Position numbers and translations under genes: made by a program. The notes below the pieces were generated by a model. That model made no database searches, had not been told where the DNA came from, and was given only the letters and a program-made list of their open reading frames with translations. DNA of 63,299 bases, counting the filler, from Rozella allomycis CSF55 (lineage: Eukaryota), in NCBI GenBank assembly GCA_000442015.1. It is 7 parts of 7 records of this genome, joined end to end, with 100 filler letters (N's around TTAATTAATTAA, not from the genome) between each part and the next. Parts side by side here need not be neighbours in the genome. Positions count along the whole stretch, not along the records: positions 27,459 to 39,037 come from KE561042.1; positions 39,138 to 43,978 come from KE561046.1; positions 44,079 to 48,091 come from KE561050.1; positions 48,192 to 51,005 come from KE561051.1; 3 more parts are not named here. One strand, given 5' to 3'. Every line of letters begins with the position of its first letter. The stretch's first letter is position 1. Below, one piece after another: positions 37,825 through 49,909 of the stretch.

Positions 37825-38604
37825 ATGGAAACGTTTAATTCGTATTATAAGCTGAAAACAACTAACCGAATGCTAAAGGTCCCAGTCTTTTGGAATTTTA
37901 TTCAAATTATTGAAGCTGCTGTATTATACGATGAAGAGAGAAATTTATTGAGAAGCTGCTCTCTACAAGCCTTTAAAGACACTATGTCTACCACCTTTTA
38001 TAAAAACAAGCTAAACCACAAAACAAAGTCCGATCTTTGAGTCTTTTTTGACCTCTTTTTAGTACCTAGTCGTAAAATGTCTTTACGACAGGTGCAAAAT
38101 ATGAATTGGGGCGTCGTGGTTTTAGAGCGAGCAGCAAATAGGGAATTATCATTGCCTTTATGGACACGATATGAATTTAAACCATCTGACTTTGACATCC
38201 TGCCCCCACATGTAATTAAACAGCATCGGAAACGTGGACAATTGTATTACATATGTGATGGACCTGGTGCGATGGTAAATCATAATTGTAGTCTTTTAAA
38301 CAATTGTACATGGGTAGATGAAAAAACGAAACTTAAGACAAAACATTTTATTCAAAACATTGTTTCATTAAGTCCATTACAGGAGCTGCGGGTCACATAC
38401 GGAGGCGATTATTTCATGCCTGGGGATTGCAAGTGCCCGAAACACAAAGTGAGATCAACAAGAACATCATCTAATACACCTATGGTCTGGCTAAATAAAT
38501 ATCAACTCTTAAATGTTATAAATTTTATTTTATATCCCCGCTTGACAACACGGAAATTTCAAATGAAAAAGACCCAGAAAAATTGCTTAAGAGGATTGAC
38601 GTAA
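37825..38604 (+). pseudogene. SET-domain methyltransferase, Set9/SUV4-20-like
   Basis: DGPGAMVNHNC, ELRVTYGGDYF..CKC post-SET; an in-frame TGA at 38038 separates the two ORFs. Confidence 0.75.
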
Positions 38605-39137
38605 AAGTGTAGATTGGTTTAAATAGGATATACATCATTACGTCATGGAGAACAACGGGGACCTCAAGAAAAAAATGAAACGCCTCCTGGACACAATTGC
38701 TTCAAAGAGGACAGTGAAAGTATTCATTTGTACACAGATGNTGACTTAGTTAAGGACTTTCGGGACCTTATGGAGAAGCACAGAAGCCCTCTATATTTCA
38801 AATACGAAAATATCCTGAGGAACATAGCAATCCAAAGGATCACGTTGGAGGGACTTACTCAGAAAGTATTCATGGAGTTAAGTGGATGCACCAAAAACAA
38901 GACCAAGTAATATATAGTTTCGTACAAGATTAGGACGTTATACCAAACGTCAACTAGACTGACCAAAGCTGTTGAGAGATTTGGACAACAAATTATGTTG
39001 ACAAATTTTGACTCAACAGTTTGTTTGTCTAAAAAAANNNNNNNNNNNNNNNNNNNNNNNNNNNNNNNNNNNNNNNNNNNNTTAATTAATTAANNNNNNN
39101 NNNNNNNNNNNNNNNNNNNNNNNNNNNNNNNNNNNNN

Positions 39138-40642
39138 TATCTAATAGCATCATTGTCGCAAGCACTTGGATCTACTCTAGAATCTGCAAGCAGCATTTTA
39201 ACAACTTCCACATGACCATTGGATGCAGCGTGTTGTATTGCATCGTTGTCGTAAGCACCTGGATCTACTCTAGAATCTGAAAGCAATATTTTAACAACTT
39301 CCACATAACCATTTTTAGCAGCATATCTAATACAATCATCCTCACAGGAACTTGGATCAACTCTAGAATCTTGCAGTAACATTTTAACAACCTCTACATG
39401 ACCGTTTTCGGCAGCATATCGAATAGCGCTGTTGTCATAAGCACTTGGATCTACTCTAGAATCTGAAAGCAAAATTCTAACAACTTCGATATGACGATAT
39501 CTGGCTGCATCTCGAATACACTCATTGTCGCAAACACTTGGATCTACTCTAGAATCTTGTAGCAAAATTTTAACAAATTCCACANCAGAATCTGCAAGCA
39601 AAATTTTAACAACTTCTAGATGACCATTAGATGCCGCATATCTAATTGCGCCATTGTTATTAGCACTTGGATCTACCCTAGAATCTTGCAGCAGCAATTT
39701 GACAACTTCAATGTGGCCTTTAGAGGCGGCATATTGAATAGCCACATTTTCGCCATCAAGTCGAAAATGGGAATTGTCACAAGCACTTGGGTCTACTCGA
39801 GAGTCTTGTAGCAAAATTGCAACAACTTCCACATGACCTTTAGAAGAAGCTCTTATAATAGCATCGCTGTCGCAAGCACTTGGATCCACTCTAAAATCTG
39901 CAAGCAATATTCTAACAACGTCCACATGACCATTATAGGCAGCTTGTCGAATAGCAGCATGTTCGGAGTCACTTGGATCCACTCTAGAATCTGCAAGTAA
40001 TATTTTAACAACGTCCACGTGACCAATAGAAGCAGCTCTTATAATAGCGTCGCTGTCGCAAGCACTTGGATCTACTCTAGAATCTTGAAGAAGCATTTTA
40101 ACAACTTCCACATGACCATATTCAGCAGCATATCGAATACAATGATTGTCGCAAGCACTTGGATTAACTCTAGAATCCGCAAGCAATATTTTAACAACTT
40201 CCACATGACCATTTATGCAGGCTATCCAAAGAGGTTCATTGTTTTTTACACTTGGGTCCACTCTTGAATCTCCCAACAAAAGTTTAACACATTCAGGGAC
40301 ACCATTCTGACATGCAAAGTAAAATGCATTGTTAACAGTTGCTGGAGACAAACATTTTTCTTGCAAGACATTAAGAAAATCAACCATCCTTTCACACCTT
40401 TTTCTGTTAATCAGGATTTCCATGCATTCTTTTACGGGCAATAATTTACCGCACCTATTATTGATTATCTTTTGAATAATGTATGGGCATCCCCATGAAC
40501 AACATGTTTCTGGCGCTTGATGAAGGATTGAATAAGAGCAATATGAACGAAGCCAACGGGAAGTTTTTGAGATTTGTTTTATGTCATTTAGGCTTACATG
40601 CGACAAAATTATGTGCCAAACCTCAAATGGGAAGTACGCCAT
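39138..40642 (-). CDS. F-box plus ankyrin-repeat protein (intronless; 3' end truncated)
   Basis: MAYFPFEVWHIILSHV..ISKTSRWLR F-box; about a dozen repeats of LL.DSRVDPSA.DN.AIR.AA.NGH.EVVK. Confidence 0.9.
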
Positions 40643-40860
40643 TTTTTGTGTGGCTAGCCTGAGGCTGAGATACACATGTACCTTAAATCTTATAGGGAAA
40701 GTCTAAAATTTTCTGAGATTTTTGTTTGTAGGCTGATGTGCCAAACCTCAAATGGGAAGTACGCCATTTTTTGTGTGGCTAGCCTGAGGCTGAGATACAC
40801 ATGTACCTTAAATCTTATACGGAAAGTCTAAAATTTTCTGAAATTTTTGTTTGTAGGCTG
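40611..40860. repeat. Tandem duplication (2 x 125 nt) covering the start codon and upstream region of the F-box/ankyrin gene
   Basis: 40611-40735 is nearly identical to 40736-40860, with no N between them. Confidence 0.9.
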
Positions 40861-41279
40861 TAGCGAGTATTTAAAGTCTGTTTTCAATTTTGAATGTCCA
40901 GAAGTTAGTATACCCTNGAGAGGACAAAATAACGTAAAGACCAACAAAACGAAATACATGAAGACATTTTATAAATAAATTGCTTTACTTGTAATCTCAC
41001 ATATACCATTTAAAAATTTCCTAGTTAGATAAATAAAAATGTAATATGTAATTACTTAGGACTATTCTCAACAATTAAATAGATCTATTTTGCATGCAGT
41101 TTTTGCATTCCACACTTCGCAAATACTCTTATCATAACTCGAAGCATTATGACGGCTTTGTTGGAGGATATTCAGAATCTGATGGTGCTGAACGTGGGTG
41201 TAGACAAATGGTCAAGGAAACATTCTGAATTGGCTAAAAGCCTTTATATTACGCAAACATGTCTTCATTTAGTAAATAA

Positions 41280-41530
41280 TGTCGCTCTATGCGCTTATAG
41301 CATCTTAATCCTCGTAAATTGGATAGTTATTTAAAAGATAAAAGAGTCAAACCAATGTCGATTGAGAATGGATTATCTCCGTTCTATTCTATTTATTGAT
41401 ATCCCTTGGAGTTTGATTTGGTTGGTTCTTTCTATAAATAGTATCAGAATACAGATCAGTCAGGAATAAAGGATCCATTGAGAATTATGACTCCTTTCTA
41501 CGATAATTGATCTAAGAAATGAGATGAGAA
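41280..41530. repeat. Dispersed repeat (probable LTR) also present at 53143-53398
   Basis: GTCGCTCTATGCGCTTATAG..GAGAATTATGACTCCT is shared; the second copy lies just upstream of the minus-strand gag-like ORF. Confidence 0.7.
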
Positions 41531-41899
41531 TCTGTTGTAAGTNTTCCTTCGCGTTGGCTGATTTGGAAGATTATTATAAATAAATACTTTAACTTCTTAA
41601 AAAAAGCTGTATCTGTTGTAAGTTGTAGACTGACATTATGACAAAGAGAATAAGTTTTTCAGACCAGGGTAAGTAAATTTATTTAAAATTAAAAAGGAAT
41701 TTTCAGGAACAATAAAAATTTTCTACAAGAGGTCCATATTGATCCTCTGGATCTACCGGGGTACTTAAAATAAAATTATTGTTAGTATTAATTTAACTCA
41801 TCAGTACCATGTTCTACGACAGAATCCCTGGTACGACATTAATGGCTCCGGTCTCTCAGCGATTCCTCCAGCCCATAATCTATCATGTTTGAATATGAT

Positions 41900-43978
41900 T
41901 AGCGGGCGGGGAGTTTACGACCCGGACTTCAAAAACCAGTATTGGCATCTCGAATTAGCGCCCTTTCGATAGATTGTATTTTAAAGAAACCACATTGGAA
42001 TATTTGTTGGGAGATTTTCGAGAGTTTTGGCAACCTCCCATATTATTTTAGTTTTTAGTCCAGCAGTGATATGAAATTCAATTTGTGAATAACATGACGT
42101 ATACTATAGTGTTAATAAAGAAAGTTATAACCAGGGGGACATCCTGGACTTTATTTAGTGAAAAGTGGCTTAGTGTGACGACCAGGGTTAGCAGGACCGG
42201 GGTGGACTTTACGACACTCTGCTTTCTTCTCTTTTTTTTCAGGCTCGTGTAAAGGTTTCTGCTTGCGAATATTGAGAATTTGAGGATGCGTTCCCATGTC
42301 GACTTGCACAGTGTTGTTGCGGAGAATTGACTTGATAAGATATGGACCATTGAATCGGTTTTCAAGCTTGTTTGGATTGTTTGATTTAATAAATACCTTT
42401 TTTCCTATTTCAAATTTAAAATCTATTCTCTTATCATTTTGACGTTCAATGTCATAAGAACTCTGCTTCTTTTTCTTTTCCTGAGCAACCTTAAGGACCT
42501 TGTCTTTGTCATTAATCAATCTAGCTTCAAGCATGTGGCTGCCAAAAACCATTTCGGACGGAGAACAATTCAAGACTCGGTGTGACGTGGCGCGGATGGA
42601 CCAAGAAATTGACTGAATTAATAAATTTGTTATTGGTTGATTTGAATTCAGTCTTAATGCATTCCCTATTGTGAGATTTATTCTTTCGACTAATCCATTG
42701 CTTGAAGGTTGAAAGGCGGGAACAGTGTGATGATGGATACCGTATGATTGAAGCAATTCAGCAAACTCATTAAAAACAAATTGCTTGCCATTGTCAGAAG
42801 AAACAGTCGAAGGTCTAGGATAACGACAAAGCCATTCAAAGTCAAACTTTCTTGCTGTCTCTTGTGCTGTCAACGTTTTCAAAGGAATTCCATACTCCAT
42901 ACTATAGCTAAACATTCATTGTCAGTAACAGTATAATTTTGTTGAGCAGGATTCAGGTTTTGACTAAAGAAGTGTAATGGTCCTGTTAAAGTACCGCCCC
43001 AACGGCATAGTCACTTGCGTCACAGTAAAGATCAAACGGCTTGGAGTAATCAGGGTAAGCCAATTACGCTTCATGTAATATTTATCAAATATTTGTGTCA
43101 ATAGATTTGTCATATCATTGGTTCAGTCAAATTTGCTTCCTTTCTTGGTCATATCTTTAAAAATGGCGGTTCGCGCGCTTAAATTTGGAATCATGTTTCG
43201 ATAAAAATTACGAAATCCGAGTATTGATCTGAGTTCCTTTAAATTTCTTGCCATTGACACATTTTTGACAACATCAGTAATTCTTTCGGCGGGAGTGATA
43301 GNGGATCCATTAAGAAATTCTAAGTTTGAATGATCAGTAGATACCCTTATTTCACACCCAAAAATCATAGTTCTCATATCTTGAAGCGCCTATACTATGG
43401 CTAAACATTCCTTTTCGGTAACAGTATAATTTTGTTGAGCAGGATTCAGTTTTCGGCTAAANACTTCCTAATTTTGATCCATTAAGAAATTCTAAGTTTG
43501 AGTGATCAGTATATACCCTTGTTTCACACCCGAAAATTATAGTTCTCATACCTTGAAGTGCCCATACTATGGTAAACATTACTTTTCGGTAACAGTATAA
43601 TTTTGTTGAGCAGGATTCAGTTTTCGGCTAAAGAAGTGTAATGGGCGACCGTCGTGTTGAAGTACCGCCCCAACAGCATAATCACTTGCGTCACAGTAAT
43701 GATCAAACGGTTTGGAGTAATCAGGGTGTGCCAATTTCGCGTCATGTAAAAATTCATCAAATATTTGTTTCAATAGATTTGTCATATCGTTGTTCCAGTG
43801 AAATTTGCTTCCTTTCGTGGTCATATTGGTAAAAATGGCGGTTCGCGCGCTTAACTTGGGAATCATGTTTCGATAAAAATTGAGAGATCCTAGTATTGAT
43901 CCGAGTTCTTTCAAATTTCTTGGCATTGACACGTTTTGGACAACATCAGTAATTCTTTCGGCGGGAGTGATAGATTCG
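41900..43978 (-). mobile_element. Ty3/Gypsy LTR retrotransposon, 3' part (RT end, RNase H, integrase, PPT, start of 3' LTR), degenerate and partly duplicated
   Basis: LG..NFYRNMIP, YCDASDYAVGAVL, FFSRKL..Y.VTEKE, TDHSNL, SDNGKQF, SNGLVER, GPY. A purine tract is followed by TGTCGTA at 42216 as the LTR start; the lower bound is approximate. Confidence 0.9.
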
Positions 43979-44078
43979 NNNNNNNNNNNNNNNNNNNNNN
44001 NNNNNNNNNNNNNNNNNNNNNNTTAATTAATTAANNNNNNNNNNNNNNNNNNNNNNNNNNNNNNNNNNNNNNNNNNNN

Positions 44079-46865
44079 CAAGAATACCAATTTTTCCTGC
44101 CTGCATAGTGTAGAGAATCCCCGCGCTAACTAAATTTTCCGGATTAGGATCGACATTCTCCAAAACACCCAATTTCAGTCCATTATAAACAGTTTTTAAA
44201 GAATCGCGATTCCAATTGCTGGAAACAGAGATCATTTTCTGGTTTTCAATACCCAGCTGCTTCCATCGTGCCAAAAAGTCGTTTGCAGAGAATACAACAG
44301 GTTCAACAAACTTTGTCAAGATTAATGGAAACTGGAGGTTGTATACAGCATTGCCTAGCGGTGTTTGGAATCCGAATTGGAAAAATAACTTTGTAGAGTC
44401 TAGAAGTTCATCAGGCTTTAGTAGAGAAAATTTGATGATTTGGTTTGGTTGAGTTTGCTTTGGAATACTTATTGGAAGGGCAGGGCCATATTCAAGTGAA
44501 CAACATGACAGGGGTGAAGGTTGAAATTTGAAGAAAACATTTGACATGTCCAATTGGCTCTTATTACCGAAAAATATTTGAAATTGGCCCTTCTCTTGCT
44601 TGAATTCTGATTTCAATCCAATTTGAATCAAATCATCTTCAAACAAAACACCCTGAGGACTATAAAGGTTTTTAATGAACCAATGGAGTGAATTTGGGGT
44701 TAAATTTGAAGTGTTTGGCAAAGAAACTGAAGATGAATAATCAAAGTTTGATGATTCTTCAGATATTCCCAATAAATCTTGTGGGGAAGTGGAAACGGGA
44801 GAAATTGTTCCAGCAGTGCTTGTTCTGTGCCTAGATTTTTCACCAGCCTTCCAAGTTCTTTTATCTTCAGTGTCGATTTCCTTTTTATTTAAACGAGATT
44901 CCAAGATTGATTCTTTGTCAGTTGAAAATGGAGGCATTTCTTCACAAACAGTTTGCAGTAATTCATCAGATGGCATATTTATTATTTGCAAGTATTCACA
45001 TGCACGTTGCTGTAGTTCAACATCCATGACGTTTTGTAACATTGAGAAAACATTGACGATTGGTTCTTTGATTTCAGGGAATAAATTGACAAGTTTAATG
45101 TAAGTGTTTAATAAAAGACAACGAGTGGACATTGAAGCTGTATGGAATTTACTGTGAAGCGCTGTGAATTGATCATACGGTGCAGCGCCAGGCTCATCAA
45201 CAATCAAATGCCCAAACTCACCCAATAAATAGCCAGCAACTTTTATTAACGATTCTTGGTAACTTGATTTCTGCAGCGCTTTGTAAACAGCCCTTGTAGC
45301 GTATTTGTGTAAATCTTCGTGGTTGACTGTAATTTGAACCACTCTGTACCAAATCTCATTTGAAATTTGATCCCCTGCAGCTGACAAGAGATTCAACATT
45401 ACATCAATGTACCATGAATATTCAGTAGCAAACTTTTCTGCTAGAATGGCAATCTTCAACACCAAATCCTCTCTAATTGAAAAATCAGCTCCATTTAAGA
45501 ATAAAAGCAATTCTTGAACAATCAATTTCACATTCGAAATATCACACATTGCGTACAACAAATCTAACGCTTGTCTTCTAACTGAAACATCTTTATCTTT
45601 AAGTGACTCTATTATTGTATTTTGATATTGTTTTATATCATTCAAATCTGATCTCACACTAGCCAAATGCGCTAATGTTTCCAACGCTAAATATCTTATA
45701 TTAGTTTCCTTTGATGTCAAAGAGTCTCCAAGTGATGCAGCTGCTGACTTCACCAATCTAGAGTCTGGATCCAAATGAATCGAAAGATTTATTGCCTCAA
45801 ACTTTATTGCATTAGACGCATTGGATTGTTGCGCATTCTTAATATTGTCAGTATTGCTAGTTGTTATTTTCTCAACAACATCCAACAACTTTGCCAACAC
45901 GCTCGGATCCTCTGGTGGTGGATAATATTGTAAAAGCCTCAAAAGCTTTAATTGGAGCCAGGGTGCTGGAACTTTATAGTAGAGAACATCGGCTGAATAA
46001 CTATTATTTACAACTATTTTGTACAGGCAGTTTACAGCCTTTGGCACACACATTTTCAATTCACTTGGATATGACTGCACCAATGTGGTTATCAAACTCA
46101 AACTAGCTGTGGCTACCCCCTGCTATGAAGAATAAATATTTCTTACGGCATCTGGCTCATCCAGTAAATTTACAAGATTTGCTCCCCATTCATTGATCAA
46201 AATGGAATCTGGCACCTTTCTAAACAATCTCAACAGACACAATGCAGCCTTCTTCTTAACAAATGGCGTAGTCCCTCTATAAATAAAATTAATCAAGTTA
46301 AATTACGGAGCAATAATTAGTCTATAAACATCAGAAGACACAGCTTCAGCAAGATCTTTTCCACCAATATTAGCAATAGCTTGCAAAGCCAAACAAACAT
46401 TAATCTCATTGACTCTATCTTCCAAATCCTTTCTCAGAGAATTAATCACCAGTCTCAGCAGATCATGATTCTCAGTCAATAGTAACGAAACAGCCAGATA
46501 CCCCTCTTCAATAACCATTCAACCGCGTACCATTTGCTTTTCCGTATACTTTGTACTAGAAATCAAAGAAATTGCTTCCAAATGACCAAAATCTATATCC
46601 ACACCAAGCATGTACATGTAGACCAATTTAGACACATATTTTTTCTTTTGATAGCCGTCCAAATTACCATCTTTTATCAACTCAACAATATTTATACCTT
46701 TGAATTTGGAGCGTATGTTTCCCATCTCCTTTTGTATTCGCTTTTCTTCCGCTTCTCTGGTTCTACCTATACTTTACACAAAAACGAACATTTACAATTC
46801 CTGAGATCAGAAATAAACAGAGTTAGTCCTCTCATAGCGTTGGTGGCATTCAAAATCGGCGACAT
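44079..46865 (-). CDS. APL3: AP-2 complex alpha-adaptin (3' end cut by contig end)
   Basis: [68 protein letters not shown], appendage DPNPEN; five GT-AG introns. Confidence 0.95.
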
Positions 46866-46962
46866 NTGGTGGTATTCAGAATCGGCGACATTGCAATGTG
46901 CAGCGAGTGGCGTCAACAGTAAACAAATTCACAAGGAAAATTCGTATTGTAAAAAGATTGCT

Positions 46963-47456
46963 TTAATTCTCTTTATTGACTGATTTGGATAAATTGGATT
47001 CATTCAATACTTGCTCAAAAATTTCATCTTCTGTTTTACTTGCACAATCTATAGTGCGTTCCACTTGTCCAACCTTTGATACCTATTTACCGTCTGATGC
47101 CAGTGTCAATTTAAGTTTTGCTTTCTGCGCCGGATCTTCTGTTACAACGAAATGCGTATCTTTATTAGCATAGTAAATTCTCGGCATGATTTGCCGGTAA
47201 AAATTTCTATGACACTTTCGGTCTGATCAAATTACCTTGCACCTTTCTCGTCTTCGGGATACTCACTGTTGTCCATCATCTCCATATTACCCAGCGAAGC
47301 ATTCGGCTGCACATTCGGTCCCTTGATTGGTGGTCTTAATGTCAAATGCATTGTTTTCACATTAAGCTTCATCAGCGCACCAACACCCTCGACTAAATTT
47401 TTCAGTTTGGGATGCAAATTGGCTGATATCTTTTTAATGCTTTTGAGAGAATTCAT
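46963..47456 (-). CDS. Mitochondrial ribosomal protein Mrp49/mL61-like (L51/S25/CI-B8 fold)
   Basis: GVGAL..V..MHL and GAR|NFYRQIMPRIYYAN resemble GARxFxxxxLPxLxYxNP; two GT-AG introns. Confidence 0.65.
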
Positions 47457-47487
47457 TGAAAAGTTTCTGCAATTTCCTAAACTGGAA

Positions 47488-48091
47488 ATGAGTGTTGAGG
47501 GATACAAGCAGGTTCTGTCTAAAATTATTTCAAAGTCTGTGAATAAAAGTGTAAGGTGGAGATGGGGTGTTGAAAGGTTAGACTGGTTGCTGTTAGCAAG
47601 ACTAAAAGTTTTGAAGATATTTTGAGAATATATGAGCAAGGACAGCGGGACTTTGGAGAGAATTATGTAATTTGATTAATTGTTGGTGATATGATCCAAG
47701 AGTTGGTGGAGAAGAGTGCTGAATTGCCGAGGGATATTCGATGGCATTATATTGGAGCGATCCAGCAGAATAAAATCAAGCAATTAGTAAAAATTATGAT
47801 TTAAATTTATACATTTATCCATTGAAAACTTGTTCTGTATTCAAGCACTTGATTCGATGAAACATGCGAATTATTTGAATGATCGATTGGCGGAGCTTAA
47901 AAGGTCGTTGAGATGCTTTATACAAGTGTGCACGAGTGGTGAATCTAGTATGATTTTATGTTAATAATTAGAGGTAAAAATGGAGTAAGGCCTGAAGATT
48001 TGATGGCGTTGGTGGATCATATTGTGAATAAATGCAAAAACATTGAATTGAGGGGATTGATGACGATTGGAGCGGCTGATGGTGATCCAAG
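47488..48091 (+). CDS. PLPBP: PLP homeostasis protein YggS/PROSC (3' end truncated)
   Basis: RLVAVSKTK, FGENY|IQEL, WHYIG.IQ.NK, QVCTSGE.|K.G, GLMTIG. Four introns, two with non-AG ends. Confidence 0.93.
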
Positions 48092-48191
48092 NNNNNNNNN
48101 NNNNNNNNNNNNNNNNNNNNNNNNNNNNNNNNNNNTTAATTAATTAANNNNNNNNNNNNNNNNNNNNNNNNNNNNNNNNNNNNNNNNNNNN

Positions 48192-48678
48192 CAATTACCA
48201 TGGCAACTCCGCTTTTAGTATTACAGATTATTTCAAGAATTATAATGATCAAAAAGAGTTAACATCTTTTTCCCCAAAAGAGTTGGATTCTCGTCTTTAC
48301 TATATGACATCAATAGTATATCCTGAAATCAATGAATTGTCAAAGCGACACTGGAAGGGGGAAATTCCTTAAATCTAACAGAATTATTCATTTTCAGCCA
48401 GGAGCATATGTCATGGTCAGGGACGAATTAAGAACAAGGAAATCTGAACCTCTATATACTGGGCCATTCAAAATAATCAGAGGATACAAAGGAGGCGCTT
48501 ATGAACTTTTAGGTCCAGATGGCACCATATATACTCGTCCTCCTCATACTTTGAAATTATTCCATGGCACCCTAGTTGACGAGGATCCAAACAGCAAAGC
48601 TGTTCAAGTCGAGAAAATATTAGAACACAGACTTAATGGTGACAATACAACAGAATATTTGGTAAAGTGGAAGAAACA
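48192..48678 (+). mobile_element. Chromovirus (Gypsy) integrase C-terminus with chromodomain
   Basis: KSEPLYTGPF (GPY/F module) and VEKILEHR..EYLVKWK chromodomain. Confidence 0.85.
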
Positions 48679-49147
48679 NATTGTTTTTTCACCAAAATGC
48701 CCCGAGTTATGAGCTTCTTATAGAAGACGTCGTCTTTCATTTATAGGCGCTTCATCTTTGTTATCATGTTGTACAGACTGAATTATTTTAGATTTTGAAA
48801 ATAATTGCGACTTATTCGTTAATGATATGTCCTTAATTTTATAATTTAATTCAAATAGATTCAGAAACGAAGGTTGAATTGTATTGTTAATTTATAAAAG
48901 TCCCATCGACAATCCATACAACATACTTTTCATGAGGCGGAACGGTGTGTNAGTATCAATTAAAAAACCAAAGGAAACGCAGACTAATTCTCTTACTATT
49001 CGTGCTCAACCCTTTCCTCCAGGGCCTGTTTCATGATGCCCTGCTCCGTCAACACTTCCAATTCTGAAAATTCAAATAAAAAACTTGAGTTTCATTTCGG
49101 CTTTCTTTCTGCTCGGCTTTCATTGTGGCTTATAAAAAATATTTTTT

Positions 49148-49889
49148 ATGGCTCCTAAAAAACTCAAATTGGAGGATCAAACCAAGGTTAAAAAGGAAAT
49201 TTCTGAAGACCAAACAAGAATATCATGGACAACAGACCTTGTCAACACTCTGTTAGAGCTACGTTACGAAGATGAAATTATTGAAAGTAAATTTCGTCTC
49301 GCCAAGAACCATTTTGACACTAACCAAGCTTACAACACTCTTTCTTTAGCGTTATTCGATAAAACCAAGGTACCAAAATAATTTTTGGAGATAAAGATAA
49401 ATGCGGGTCCCAAAAAACTTCAAGATAAACTTAACAAGTTGCAAAAGGAATACAGGGAGAAAAAAAAATGATGTGAATCACACTGGAAAACTGGAAACAT
49501 GATTGACTCCTGTTTACCAGCATATTGGGAAAAGTTAAACAGCTATTATCAGTCAAGGCCTGGTGTGGGAGGAAATATTTTGGCAGATAGGGCAGCTGGT
49601 ATTTGTGTTCCCAAAACTGAAAATTTTGAAACTGAAGCTGACTTTGAATTAATGAGTACTCCAAGAAAAAATGAAAGCAGGACCTGAAATTCTTGCAGAT
49701 TCATTTCAATCTGGATTAAACTCAATATCTGAAGCAATGATTAAACAAGCTGAAGCATCAAAGCAAAGTTTCGTTGAAGAAAAGTTTTTGGACTGCGTAG
49801 CTGACAAAATTAGTGAACGAATCGAGAGTACGTTGCAAAAAGTAAAAATTCAATTATGTGAAACATTGAGAGACATTTTTAGTAAATAA
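49148..49889 (+). pseudogene. Harbinger Myb/SANT-like DNA-binding protein
   Basis: RISWTTDLVNTLLELRY; 27-nt intron; frameshifts in A-runs. Confidence 0.7.
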
Positions 49890-49909
49890 AAATGAATTGT
49901 TTTAAACAT

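Larger units (their letters stand above)
28480..38910. mobile_element. Large Helitron-type rolling-circle element(s), mosaic of several degenerate copies
   Basis: HUH Rep, Pif1 helicase, OB-fold, OTU and SET coding remnants in one contig; many single Ns and repeated segments; termini not determined. Confidence 0.8.

Noticed and set aside
38038-38040. TGA readthrough or selenocysteine in the SET gene
   Set aside because: The element is degenerate with many stops and frameshifts; a simple nonsense mutation (for example CGA to TGA) suffices.
39138-40300. Regular ~102-nt repeats resembling a CRISPR-like array
   Set aside because: In-frame ankyrin codons, with no unique spacers.
47060-47095. In-frame TAG in MRP49-like gene suggesting stop-codon reassignment
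   Set aside because: It lies inside a canonical 27-nt GT-AG intron. Other in-frame stops in core genes are likewise intronic.
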